DNA of 62,619 bases, the filler included, from Sphacelaria rigidula (taxonomy: Eukaryota): assembly GCA_964200075.2 (NCBI GenBank). It is 11 parts of 11 records of this genome, joined end to end, with 100 filler letters (N's around TTAATTAATTAA, not from the genome) between each part and the next. Parts side by side here need not be neighbours in the genome. Positions count along the whole stretch, not along the records: positions 11,406 to 17,007 come from CAXNAA020025956.1; positions 17,108 to 22,709 come from CAXNAA020025957.1; positions 22,810 to 28,411 come from CAXNAA020025958.1; 8 more parts are not named here. The stretch is one strand, 5' to 3'. Below the pieces are notes generated by a model. The model did not search any database. It was not told the DNA's origin and saw only the letters and a program-made list of their open reading frames with translations. This document shows positions 12,174-24,050 of the stretch, piece after piece. Every line of letters starts with the position of its first letter. Within the stretch, counting starts at the first letter, position 1. Both the position numbers and the translations under genes were made by a program.

Positions 12174-13138
12174 CGACGAGGCCTACATCGATCTCACGGT
12201 GGGGTCTGACAGCGAGATGCCTCTGGTTTTCAAGGCCTACTTCTACATATCTAACGAGACCCAACTGTCGGCTGCCTCGGCAAGCCTGAATGTCACGTAC
12301 GTCGATGGCACCACCGAAGAAGGTGCATCTACGCTGGACTTCTACAACATTTCAAAGGATCATTGGATGCAAGACATCGTGGCCGTGTACCCCACCCAAG
12401 TCATTACCGACGTACGGGTAAGCGCTCGTTGCCGTATATAGACTCTGCTGTGGCCTTTTGTAGTATTCCACACATACGGCATAATACGATCTATGCGTTG
12501 TACACTAATCTGTACCTTATCCGATCTATAACCGACAAAGCGCCCTGTTAAATACAGGTGTCGTTTCGAGTCGTGTTTTTGTCGCATGCAATGTCACGCC
12601 CATGTCTGGTTTCAGCCACGGCGACCGTTACGTAAACTAAACCCGTGGTTCGGCGCTCCCGGCAAAGAGGGACCCAACACAACCTCCTTCTCTCCTGTGT
12701 AACGGAAAGATCTAGAACACGTCTAGCACACGTCCGGGAGAGTTCCGAGGACCTACGCATGCCCGCTGTTTACGCGCCAGCACACACGCCGTTCACGTGC
12801 ATTTTGTTCACCCTAGATGGTTTGGCTGGGAAGCTCGACATATATATTATTTTTCCGCGCAATCGTTTGACGAAAATTCTGCGCCCGTTCGTCGCGTGAA
12901 AGTTAAATACCGTGGTATCCCCCTGTGTCTCTCCATCCCTTCTTTGAAGTACTTTCCCAAATGATCCGTTCTTTTTGTTTCCTCCGTGATGTACTGTACC
13001 TTCATCGCCGTCTACCAGGTGACTCTGAAGTTTTCCGGGACGGGGGACGCCTTGTTCTCGGGCGTGGGGTTATTCGCGCATCCTGACGCCGTCTGTCGTT
13101 GCGGTGCTGGGTTCTACCTCAACATAGATTCTGCATCG
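12174..13138 (+). CDS. two internal exons (12174-12417, 13019-13138) of a probable extracellular protein with a Cys-rich CxCxxGFY motif
   Basis: Polypyrimidine-CAG acceptors and GTAAG/GTAAC donors; in-frame join ...TQVITDVR|VTLKFSGTGDALFSGVGLFAHPDAVCRCGAGFYLN; N-glycosylation sequons NET, NVT and NIS. Confidence 0.7.
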
Positions 13139-13559
13139 GTAACACGAATTAAAACGCAGCAGGAGTAGTCACAGGATGACTGACAACTCTAATCATGTGC
13201 GATAGAGTAGGGATACTTTGCGTTTCATATTAAAGTAGTTTTTTACGCGCTCAGTAATCGCACCCGTGGCGTGCACATGTGGTGGTGATTCTGGTTATAT
13301 TCTGTTCCTGTAAGTATTCAACGATTTTGCCCTTGAAAAGCACCAACGGTTCATTGTTTCTCTGCCACTGAAGGCAGGAAAAATAAAGCCCTCTCCAAGA
13401 TCGAGGAGTAGGGGAACTTTTCACCCCGCAGTACAAAGTACTGCTCTGGTGAACTTCGGTCACGAGCGTCGATTGCACTGCACCATATTTCACCCCAACC
13501 AACCTCGGTAGGACTCCCCCCGCCCCCCCGCCCCCACCGCCGCCTGGCCAAGGATGGTT

Positions 13560-16500
13560 ATGTCACCAAAACCAAATCTAACAGTAAACTACCGAGACGA
13601 CTACACGCGTAGAGGAGAGTGACGGGGCAATAAGGCTAGTCTGGGTTGTGTCCTTGGTCGTGGCAACCAGTAAACTAGCCAGTAGGCTCTGTAAGCAGAG
13701 ATTGGTTCAAAGCTCAATCCTGCGGCTATGGAGTTTCTCCCAAAGCGGGTAGATCGTCGCGAGGGAATATCGTCGATGGAAACGAGACACGAGTGAATGA
13801 AGAGAAGATTCGGCAAAATAGAGCTAGCGGCCAGCACAGACTGGGATGACTGAAGTCTCCGCGTGAGATCAAAATGCCAGGCATGCACACCTAGATGGGC
13901 AAAACAAGGAGAACATCGGATCGGACGAAGACAAATCAATGCTGGAGAAGATAGGGGGGGGCAAGACCAGAGGAGGAGATGAAACAAAGCATAATTCGTG
14001 TTGCTAGAGCTAGGTCTCGTGTCGGAGAGCTTACGGTAGCGACCTACAAACTTCGTAAATTGTTTCTCATGGAGCAGAACGGGGTTGGCCGTGCTGAGGT
14101 ACTTCTTTGTAAGAGTGATATAGGTGGTGACATCTTCGGGCCGGAGGAGATATGTTGAATAGGCAGAACTGATTCCATTGTCGCGGGATACCGCTCTTCT
14201 GCCATGGAGCACAAGCGGCCAAGGAAGGGTTGGACAACATTGGGCTGGGTTTATGATGAAGGAGTAGATCATGTACAGCGCCACATGGTCACAGGTGTTC
14301 ATCAGCGAGCGCCTTGTGCCGCTGAATTTCGACCATCAGCCAAGTCGACCATTCTCGCGTTCGTAGTCGCCCATAGTGACACAGATACGCCCGAGTCGAG
14401 AGAAGAGTGGGACATGTTCTGGACTAAGTTGGAGATGCGCTAAATGGGAGGATCCAAGATGGCTGGGGCAGGAATGTGCATGTGCAATTTGAGGAGCACG
14501 TTCCGATTATGCAGATAAGAGGCTGATACAGGCATCCGAAAGGAGGATGGAAGATAAAGGATAACGAAACAGAAAGCGAGCGGTACATTGCAGACGAAAA
14601 ATAGGAACTGTCACGGCACGGGGATCAAATATGCGAGAGATGGCAACGGTACTTCTTTGCTTTACTGAAAACAGCAGTGGCGATTCTCGATCCAACGGTT
14701 ATGAGGAGCATCACACCACGGCCGAAGTCCTGTCGCATGGAGACTCGCCAAGACTGGGTAATACGGAAGGGGCACTGAGAGATGTGGCTAACGGCAAAGC
14801 GATGGGACCGGATAGCTACCTGCTAGACTCCTCAAGCTTTCTTTGGCTGGGCAGCCTTCGGTGACGCCATACATCTTCCGCGGCATCGTCGTTGCTGTCT
14901 TGATGTCTGTTGGGATACCGTAGAAGCAGGGGAGCACCACTACGCAAGTGCCACACAAGAAGGACAGCACGGAGTGTGCTTGCCAGAGGGGCCTCCCCCT
15001 CCTTCTGCATGCTGGAAAGCGCAGCTTACAAGATCAGTACTCTCTGCGAAGATACAGGTGTTCTCCCAAAAAAACAGTACAGATTCAGGCGCCGACCATC
15101 GACCATCAACCTGATACCGGTCATGAGCATACTTCAGAAATCCGGACGCGAAAGCGATACCCAGTTGAACACGTGCTTCATCGGCCTGTAGGAGGCGCAA
15201 GACTCCGTCAACCGCATGCGTCTGAGGGGAAAGGCTTGCCGGGTTCCGAGTCCCGCCGCGGATAATCAAGGCCACTCGTATGTTCTACTATAGCATGGGA
15301 GCTCGGATACAGCTCCGTGAGGATGACCATATTTGCAGGGGTGTCGAGCCGGGACGCGTCCCGGCTTTGCTATTGACAGCATCTTCGCAGCGATGAACGG
15401 CGTATCTTTGCGACGCTTTGCGAAAGGTTCGTGTTTTTTCTTTGACCTTGATAATGCAGATAGCTGACCAACGAATGAGGATGGTAACTTCAAATAAGAG
15501 TCGCCGCTGCAGAGGGTTCGACGCATGGTTTAGGGAATGCTGAACGCGGATGACGCAGAGGTGGGCTCGAGGTCCCTAAGCGGATCCGCTAGAATGATGG
15601 CTATGATAGTGGTTGTCTTCGAGGAGTGTAGATAACGGTACGAAAGCACAAGTAGGCGCCAAACATCTGTGACCACTACCCTGGTGCCCGGAGACCACAC
15701 TACACATCGAGGCGACAGGCTAGCGGTACAAGCGGCTGCCCAAGTCCGTCTACCTTGAAGGTGCTGTCAGCAAAGACGCGCATTCTCCCATCAAAACCAC
15801 GCGCTGCATCAGCACTGAGTGGGCATGCCTAAGAAAGTTCAGTTCCTAACTCGACAATCAATACACAAGTCTCAGCTGTCGCTCAAGATCCAGCTGCTCG
15901 CAGCAGAGGTGGTGCGATCCATTCTGAACAGGTGTACTACATTGACGCTACGCCCGAGAGCATTTGAGATTCTGCGCGCCGTCCACCACAAACTTCTACA
16001 GCGACAGGATTGCAGTGGACACAAAACCTTTCATGCCAAGCAATGCTTGAGATAGCCAATCACGGACGTGTCGAGACGCCGATCTCCAAGCGTCGACTCT
16101 AGTTCGCATGGGCTCTTATCCGGCAGAATAAAACACATTTTCCAGAGCACATCATGTTCGGACGGTTGGCTGCACAAGGACTCCCGGCGGCTGGTCGATG
16201 CTCAAAACGCTGGGTGAAGCGCCTTCAAGAGAACCTGCATGCCTTGGAGATTTTCCGACGTAAGGGAGAGTAAAGGAATCTATTCACTTGCGATGTGGGA
16301 GTTAAGGACTCACAGTAATGAATCGCTCCCCCTGAGAACGTGGGCAAATGGCTCCTGGGGGTCGAGAAGGAGGCGGACGATTTTGAGTAGATAGGCGGAA
16401 GATTTTGAGTAGATATAGCGCCGTGGAAATCTCCATCAATTTGGCCTACGTCATGAGCAGAGGGCTGCTGAGTTGCGAATCGCCAATACGAAAGCTGCCA

Positions 16501-16560
16501 CCGTTGGCACAAATGAAACGGCCGCACAAGTCTACGAGGAAGTCGAGGAGTGCCCACATT
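13560..16560 (+). mobile_element. heavily decayed LINE (RTE-like) retrotransposon
   Basis: RT remnants: NGKAMGPD (~14790), PKKQYRFRRRPSTINLI...LNTCFIGL*EAQDSVNR (~15065-15215; compare EQxGFR..ST.D...FIDLxKAYDSV.R) and MLNADDA (~15540; YADD). Many stops and frameshifts. Boundaries are approximate. Confidence 0.8.
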
Positions 16561-16942
16561 TGCCCCTGAATAGAGATAGAGAGGAAGGGGGGGGGGAGTG
16601 TAGTACCCTCTTTCTTGCCTCACCTTACGGGTTTTGCCCTTCCCTGTTTGGCTTGTAGCTCGCGCTCTGTGATTATAGTTAGATTATTTCCCTGATGATG
16701 CTCCGCGTTATCGCTGGCGTCCTTCCCTTCATCTTTTTTTCTTGTTCTTTTCTGAGCATGCCGCGGCCAGTGAATATATCTCGTTCCTATGGAGTGGACG
16801 GCTCACCGTTCATGCCTTCTGGTGCGATCTTCAGGTTGCGGAGTCGCAGAATGCTTTCACGGCACTGTTCTTTTCATCGCTTGTTTCCTTACTTAAAACC
16901 CTTGAAGGGGGCCGTCGGAATTTTTCTCGGGACCGGCACTAA

Positions 16943-17007
16943 ACAGTGTTTTCGTGAGATTGAGAGTAGATGATACGATTGAGAGTGAAAAGCGGTCAAT
17001 CAGTGAA
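16943..17007. mobile_element. MITE family C terminus, truncated at the contig end
   Basis: AACAGTGTTTTCGTGAGATTGAGAG matches the ends of 37678-37945 and ~44750-45044. Confidence 0.65.
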
Positions 17008-17539
17008 NNNNNNNNNNNNNNNNNNNNNNNNNNNNNNNNNNNNNNNNNNNNTTAATTAATTAANNNNNNNNNNNNNNNNNNNNNNNNNNNNNNNNNNNNN
17101 NNNNNNNGGGCGGCCCGCCGGTCGCCGCATCCTGTTGGAAGCTCTCTACCGCGATCCATACTGCTTGCTACATTAGATGTACACCACCTAACGCGCACCC
17201 TGCACCTGAAAATAGATTGGAACTTTCGGTCCTTGTCATAACCCTGCGGTTACATCCGCGGATTTTCAGCAACACGCCATTGTTTCGTGCAGACGCCAGA
17301 CACGTAATTCCTGACCAGCCTCATCGGTCGTTCTGGAGGCCCGGTCCCAAAAGGGTTAATGGACAAGACAAGATTTGGGGATATGAACATCATGGACTTA
17401 CAGTACCCTAATTGCACGCGAGTAACCACAACTATTGTGCAATGACCGTCAGCGACAATGGCCTACTCTACAAGGAACGAAACGCCTGTGGTTAGTCCTA
17501 CCATCTCCTCGAACGTGACAAACCGGCATCAGCCCTCAC

Positions 17540-20500
17540 CGCACGAGTTTCAGCTTCCCCAGCAGCTTCCCCAGCAGCTTCCTTCGCGCCTGCTCCCGTC
17601 ACCCCAGCCCTAGATTTTCGCGCGTTCATCGCCACTTCTTTAGCTTTGCCACCCTGCCTGGGAGCTGCCCCGGCCCCTACCGCTGCCCCCCCCGCATTGG
17701 CCGCACCGTTTCTGCCTGCTGCTGGTGGACGGCCCCGTGGGCGGGCAGCAGATGCAGTGCGAGACGGAGACGCAAGACCACCGGGAGGCCTGTTGCCTGC
17801 AAGAGATCGGCGTGGCGTTTTCGCGACGTTTTCCTTGGTGGAAGCGGAGCGGCGGGGCTTATTCACGGCCGCCCTTTTGTCGGCGCTGACTCCGGAGCTA
17901 GGAGTACCGGCGTCACTCTCCAGTACCCTCTTCTTGCCATTTGATGACTCAAAGGTAGCTCCCTAGATGTGAGGCGGCGAGGGATGAGAGGGGAAGAGGC
18001 ATTGTTCACTAGGGGAAGAGCAACAGGGTGGGTTTTAACGCCGAGTTGGCCGGTTCCGAGTGAAATAGACACGGTCGAAAGTTGTATCGCGTACGGCAAT
18101 GGAAAAACAATACATGCGACGTCGGGAAACTTCTGCTTGCTCCAACTTACATAATCATTCCACATCGCTGAGCTTCGTAGGCGTGGTAAGGACAGTGCTT
18201 AGGAAAATAGCGGTGCCCACGTATTCGCGTACGACTCACAGAAAGTGAAGCACCGCCGCGACGCCATGGACTTAGAGTCCCTAGTTGCACGCGAGCAACC
18301 ACAACCATTGTGCAATGACCGTCAGCTACAACGGCCTACTCTGTAAAGAACGAAACCGCTCGTGGTTAGTCCTACCAACTCCTCGAACGTGACAAACCGG
18401 CGTCAGCCCTCACCGCACGAGTTTCAGCTTCCCCAGCAGTTTTCGTCGCCGCTGCTCCCGTCACCCCAGCCTTGAACTTTCGCGCGTTCATCGTTACTTT
18501 TTTAGTTTTGCCACCCTTCCTGGGAGCTGCCCCGGCTCCTACTGCTGCCCCCCCCGCATTGGCCGCACCGTGTCTGCCTGCTGGTGGTGGAATGGCAACA
18601 GCTGTCGGAACATCGTCCCCGCCCGTGGTATGGCGAAACTCGGTGGTATTGCTCCATGCTTGCACAGTCGTTGTGTTGGATGGCACAGCCGAAGTGGATT
18701 GTCGAGGGAGAATATCTGATAAAGTGCGAGATGGAGACGCAGGACCACCCGAAGACTTTTCGCCTGCAGGAGATCGGCGTGGCGTTTTCGCGACCTTTTT
18801 CTTGGTGGATTCGGAGCGGCGGGGCTTATTCGCGGCCGCCTTTTTGCCGGCGCTAGGAGTAACGGCGTCGCTCTCCGTCATCCTCTGCTTATGGCTTGGT
18901 GACTCGACCATAGCTCCCTGGATGCGAGGCGGCGAGGGATAAGAGAGGAAAAGGGCGCACGCGGGTTGCACCGCATACAAGAATGTGTGTGTGGGTGGGG
19001 ATCGACGAACAAGTTGGAGTTCCACCTAGCCGGGGGTCAGAATTTTCTATTTTTCCATGGGAAATGACAGGCTTTGATGGCGCGCGGGAGCATGGTACGT
19101 TGATTCCAGGCGCGCCTCTGCACCTGGCACGGTTCTAGCACAGTCAACGAGTCTAGCCCCCGTATAATTTTCATTCGCGCGAAATGGTGGAGAGCGCCCC
19201 TGCAACAAATCACGACAAAATAGAAGAGGGAGTGATACAGTAGTTACTCCGAAAGAGAATACCCGTTTTTTATTAGGTGCTACATCAAGCTGAACCACAC
19301 TTGTTGAGCTTGTGTCTAGAGACGTTTACAGTACAGACGAGTGAGCAGAAGTAAATGGGGCAAGTTCATACGGTCCCATCAAGCGCGGTTGCAGGGGGGT
19401 GAGAGATTTGTGCTCCCACCGTACTGCACCTTGTGGACAATGACACTAGATAGTCACACTGCATTGCTGCAGACAGCTGTCCGTGCAGTACATTATACCT
19501 TGTATTAGTCAGTACAGACGGGCAAATGTGTTTTTCTGTTCACATTGATAAGGTACGTTTGATGAACAGAATAGAGGTAAGTGTACCTTATATTCAAGAC
19601 CACAAGTCATGTGGATTTCCGAAAAAGCGACCAGAAAAACACGACGTGTGTGAGCGCTGGATATTTCTTCTGCACACCGACGCGTAGCTTGTAAAGCTCT
19701 TGAGGCATTAACCACCGCCAGTAATACATCAGTTGTGCCAAAATAGTGCGCCGCGCAGTTGGTTCTGCAGCTTGGGGTTTCACGTATGGTCGAGATTCGC
19801 TCGCCTCTGGTGTTCGGGATACCGCTGCTATTCTTCGGAGCCAACGACCCAACACATGCTGCGCCGAAAGTGAAAGAGAAAACCTGCCTCCGCTAGGGCG
19901 GTCATAGACCACTCTCAACCACCGGCGCGCAAACTCGTCAAGTTTTCTCAGGCGTCAACCACACGCATCAACGCGCCGGCTTTGTTCCCGTTGAATTGCT
20001 TTTCGCGGCCCATGAGACCACCGCGTACGTCAAGATGTTGTGCACACAACACTGTAGGGAAGTAAGTGCAGTGATATTGTTGATTCAAACGATCGCATCC
20101 CCCTTTATGCAAGTTCTAAACGGACGACGGCTTGATAAAAGATATTGGAACAGTCCATCCATGAAAAGCTTCACGGTGGCGCGTGGAATAAAGTTCCCGA
20201 GATTTCTGATCCCTTCTCCAGAGGCAGCACTGATGGCCCATCGGTCCATAGGTGCTGGCTAGATGTTGAATTCAGACGTTCCTGACCTTGGAAGAACTGT
20301 AGAAGGCAAAGTGTCTCCGGAACAGACAACCCGCTGCTGTGTTCCAAGCATTGTACCTCTCTTTGTTGTTTGTTCCTTACTATTGTGAAATTCACGACGT
20401 CTGCAGCTTAGTGGCCATTATTCACTAGGGAGAGGGCAACCGGGTGGGTTTCAACGCCGAGTTGGCCGGTTCCGAGTGAAATGAACACGGTCGAAAGTTG

Positions 20501-22272
20501 TATCGCGTACGGCAGAGAAAATACCATACTTGCGACGTCGGGTAACAACTGCTGCACTTCATAAGCATGTTACGGGCAGAGTTTAGGGATCAGGAATCAT
20601 GTCTGAACAATAACACTATCCATGTACTCGCGTACGACTCACAGTAAACAGCAGTTAAAGCAGCGCCACAATCCCGTGGACCTCACTACCCTAATTGCAC
20701 GAGAGCAACAGCAATCATTGATCGTCAGTTACAACGGCCTACTCTACAAGGAACGAAACACCTGTGGTTAGTCCTACCAACTCCTCGAACGTGACAGACC
20801 GGCGTCAGCCCTCACCGCACGAGTTTCAGCTTCCCCAGCAGCTTCCTTCGCGGCTGCTCCCGTCACCCCAGCCCCAAACTTTCGCGCGTTCATCGTTACT
20901 TTTTTAGTTTTGCAACCCTTCTTGGGAGCTGCCCCGGCCGCTACCGCTGCCCCCCCCGCATTGGCTGCACCGTTTCTGCCTGCTGCCGGTGGACTGGCTG
21001 CAGCTGTCAATACGTTGGTCGCGCCCATGGTATCGCGAACCTCGGTGGTGTCGCTCTGTGCTTGCACAGCCATTGCGTTGGATGGCACAGCAGAAGTGGA
21101 CTGAGGAGGGAGACTAGCTGATGGAGTGCGAGACGGAGGCGCAGGACTACCCGAAGACTTTTTGCCTGCAGGAGATCGGCGTGGCGTTTTCGCGACCTTT
21201 TTCTTGGTGGAAGCGGAGCGGCGGAGCTTATTCGCGGCCATCTTTTTGCCGGTGCCGACACCAGGGCTAGGAGTAACGGCGTCGCTCTCCGCCCCACTCT
21301 CCTCACCGTATGATGAGTCAAAGGTAGCTCGCTGCATGTGAGGCGCCAAGGGATAAGAGGAGGACGAGCATTGTTCACTGGGGGGAGGGCCGCTGGTTGG
21401 GTTTCAACGCCGAGTAGGCCAGGTTTCAGCTGAATCAACACGGTCGAAAGTTGTATCGCGTACGGCAGATGGAAGACCACATATGCAAAGTCGGCTTACT
21501 ACTGCTTGCTGCTACTGGTGTCATAATTCCACATTGTTGCGCTTCGTAGCCATGGCGAGGACAGCGCTTAGGGATCAGGACTCATGTCTGAACAAAAACA
21601 ATGTCCATGTCTCTGCGAACGACTTACAGTAAGTGATGCACCGCCGTGACACCATGGACTTACGGTACCGTGGTTGCACGCGAACAACCGCGATTATTGT
21701 GCAATGACCTTCAGCCATATAGGTGGCGTACTCTATGACGAACGAAACGCCTGTGACTAGTTCCACCAGCTCCTCGAACGTGACAAACCTTCATCAGCTC
21801 TCACCGCACGAGTTTCAGCTTCCTCAGTAGCTTCCGTTGTGGCTGCTCCCTTCGCCCCAGCCACAGATTTTCGCGCGTTCATGGTTACTTTTTTAGCTTT
21901 GCCGCTTTTCATGAGAGCTGCCACTGTTGATGGACCAGTAGCAGCCGTCGGGATGTCCTCCGTGTCCGTGGTGCCATGAACTCCCGCGGTATCGCTCAGT
22001 GCTGCCGCACTCGTTGTGCTGGATGGCACAGCAGAGGTGGATTGTGAAGGGAGCATAGTTGATGGAGTGCGAGAGGGAGACACACGACCACCAGAAGGCT
22101 TCTTGCCTGCAGCAGATCGGCGTGGCGTTTTTGCGACCTTTTTCTTGGTGGAAGCGGAGCGTCGGGGCTTATTCGCGGCCGCCTTTTTGCCGGCGCTGAC
22201 TGTGGGGCTAACAGTACCGGCGTTACCCTCTGCCGCACTCTCCGCGTGGCTCGATGACTCGAAGGATGCTTC
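17540..22272 (-). CDS. four tandemly duplicated symmetric exons (22272-21805, 21331-20816, 18917-18414, 17962-17540) encoding basic Lys/Ala/Ser/Pro-rich repeats of 156, 172, 168 and 141 aa
   Basis: Each copy has a pyrimidine tract with a YAG acceptor, a GCG|GTGAG donor after ...AETRA, a length divisible by 3 and no stops. Shared core: NKPRRSASTKKKVAKTPRRS...ASPSRT...MNARK. Confidence 0.75.
18957..20415. mobile_element. ~1.46-kb insertion of unknown class in one repeated intron
   Basis: Intron homology breaks after GAGGAAAAGGGC (~18956) and resumes at CATTATTCACTAGGG (~20416). The other copies are contiguous at this point. Confidence 0.6.
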
Positions 22273-22883
22273 CTGGATGTGAGGCGGCGAGGGATAAGAG
22301 AGGAAGGGGCATTGTTCACAGGGGGGAGGCAGCCGGAAATGTTTTAACGCCGAGTTGGTCAGGTTCCAGTGAAATGGACACACGGCAGAACGTTGAATCA
22401 TGTACGACATTTGGAATACCACACTTGTGGAGTCAGGTGATAACAGCTTGCTGCTGCTGCTTCAATCGTTCTGCACTCAACACTGTGTAACCATGGTACG
22501 GGCAGTGCTCAGGAATCAGGAAACATGCCTGAACCACGACAGTAATAATGTGTTGGAGGATGGTGATGACCTCAGCATCACAACAAGCGCGCGGTCTCTC
22601 TGAACTCGATACGAGCTGGGCCGGGCAAGAAGCTAACATTTCTTCAGACAAGCATATCTCTGCTGCTCCTAACTCGTTTCCCAAACCGAAAAGACTGCTG
22701 AAATCCTTGNNNNNNNNNNNNNNNNNNNNNNNNNNNNNNNNNNNNNNNNNNNNTTAATTAATTAANNNNNNNNNNNNNNNNNNNNNNNNNNNNNNNNNNN
22801 NNNNNNNNNTTGTTGTTCTAGGCCTATTTCGTTTTGTTTTGTTCTTGTTTTGTTTGATTTCCCCATACCTTTTTATAGCTAGC

Positions 22884-23232
22884 TAGCCTGTGACCACGGA
22901 AGGCGTCCGCATCAGATGCCCAGTACGAATGAACCGCGCAGATAGCGGAACGGCTTTCAATGTGAAGACAACAACAACCTCAATCGTGTTCTTCCTATCT
23001 TGCCCGTATTGCCCCATGATGTCGTCCGGTTGATTCGCTCTTCCTACCGTTGCATTCAAATGTCCTACTAACACCACTTGTCCTTGCCTTGCACACTTAT
23101 GTACATCTCCTGCTTTCTCTCCAAACCTACGCTGGACATCGTTCACCCCACGCTTCGATTCTGGGGGCATGTAGATGTTCCCCACCAAGAAGTCTTTCGT
23201 TCTCCGCTCTCGTAGTAGCCTTATCCATATGC

Positions 23233-23289
<57 letters not shown>

Positions 23290-23371
23290 CTTCACATTAA
23301 AAAATCATTCCGGTATCTGCGCAGTGCTGTACTGGGCACCTGACTCGGGCGTCTTCCGTGGTCACAGGCTA
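22884..23371. repeat. inverted pair of ~95-bp (CAA)n-tailed SINE or LINE-3'-end-like repeats (22884-22978 plus, 23232-23371 minus)
   Basis: Both read TAGCCTGTGACCACGGAAG...CCCAGTAC...GCGCAGATA...AATGTGAAGAC(AAC)n. Confidence 0.75.
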
Positions 23372-24050
23372 CCACCCCATGTTAGGGTAAAAGGAAAATC
23401 AGACAATAAAAATCGGACTCACGAATAATTGACACAGACGCGATACAAGAAGAACACAACAAAACAAAACAAAAACGAAAAAGGTGAAAAGAAAAAGAAG
23501 AAAGAAGAAACCTATCCTTGGACCTCTGAGAGGACAGCTATGCGTATGCATAAACTAGGCAAATCAGAAAGGGCGCCACATGACACCGCCCACCGCCTCG
23601 GAGGGAGGGGTGCATCGGAGTCAGCAGTTAGTAGCTNNNNNNNTTCTTTGCTACAGAAGGCCAGAGTGCACTTTCAACTCCGAACGCCAATCGCTTGTCG
23701 TCCGTGTAATCGTTCGTCGAATTTAATGTCATCAATCACTTCGATAATGTCACACAGGTATTCCTTGACTGAGAATCCTACACCCCCGCTCCCCTGCTCT
23801 TGGGCTTTTGCCCCTTCCGTTTTTCCCCTGTCCATGCGTGTTCTTCAAATTTGCATCCTATTTCCGCTCCCTCTTTCTCCCATGACTCTTAAATTCCTAC
23901 CATGTCTAGGTCGTGTCTACTCACGTGTCGCGCAATCTCTTCTCTTTTGCGCTCGCCTGCGGCGCATCAACACACGTTCCACGATCCTACTCTCAACTTC
24001 CTTTCCGAATCATTATATGTTCTCTTGTCGTCTCCGATCCTCTTTCCGTG
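22980..24050 (-). mobile_element. fragmented LINE apurinic endonuclease remnant
   Basis: KLRVGSWNV...DLDMVGI*ESW (~24000-23880) and VGNIYMPPES...VVLVGHLNATVG (23188-23045; compare GDFNA). Confidence 0.75.

Noticed and set aside
11406..13138. Exons after 11405 read as a continuation of CAX
   Set aside because: They are on a different contig and show no CAX similarity.
17498..17539. ORF ends ...VRADAGLSRSRRW* read as real termini of four separate genes
   Set aside because: A conserved in-phase GTGAG donor precedes them and no start exons lie between units, so read-through into the intron is more likely.
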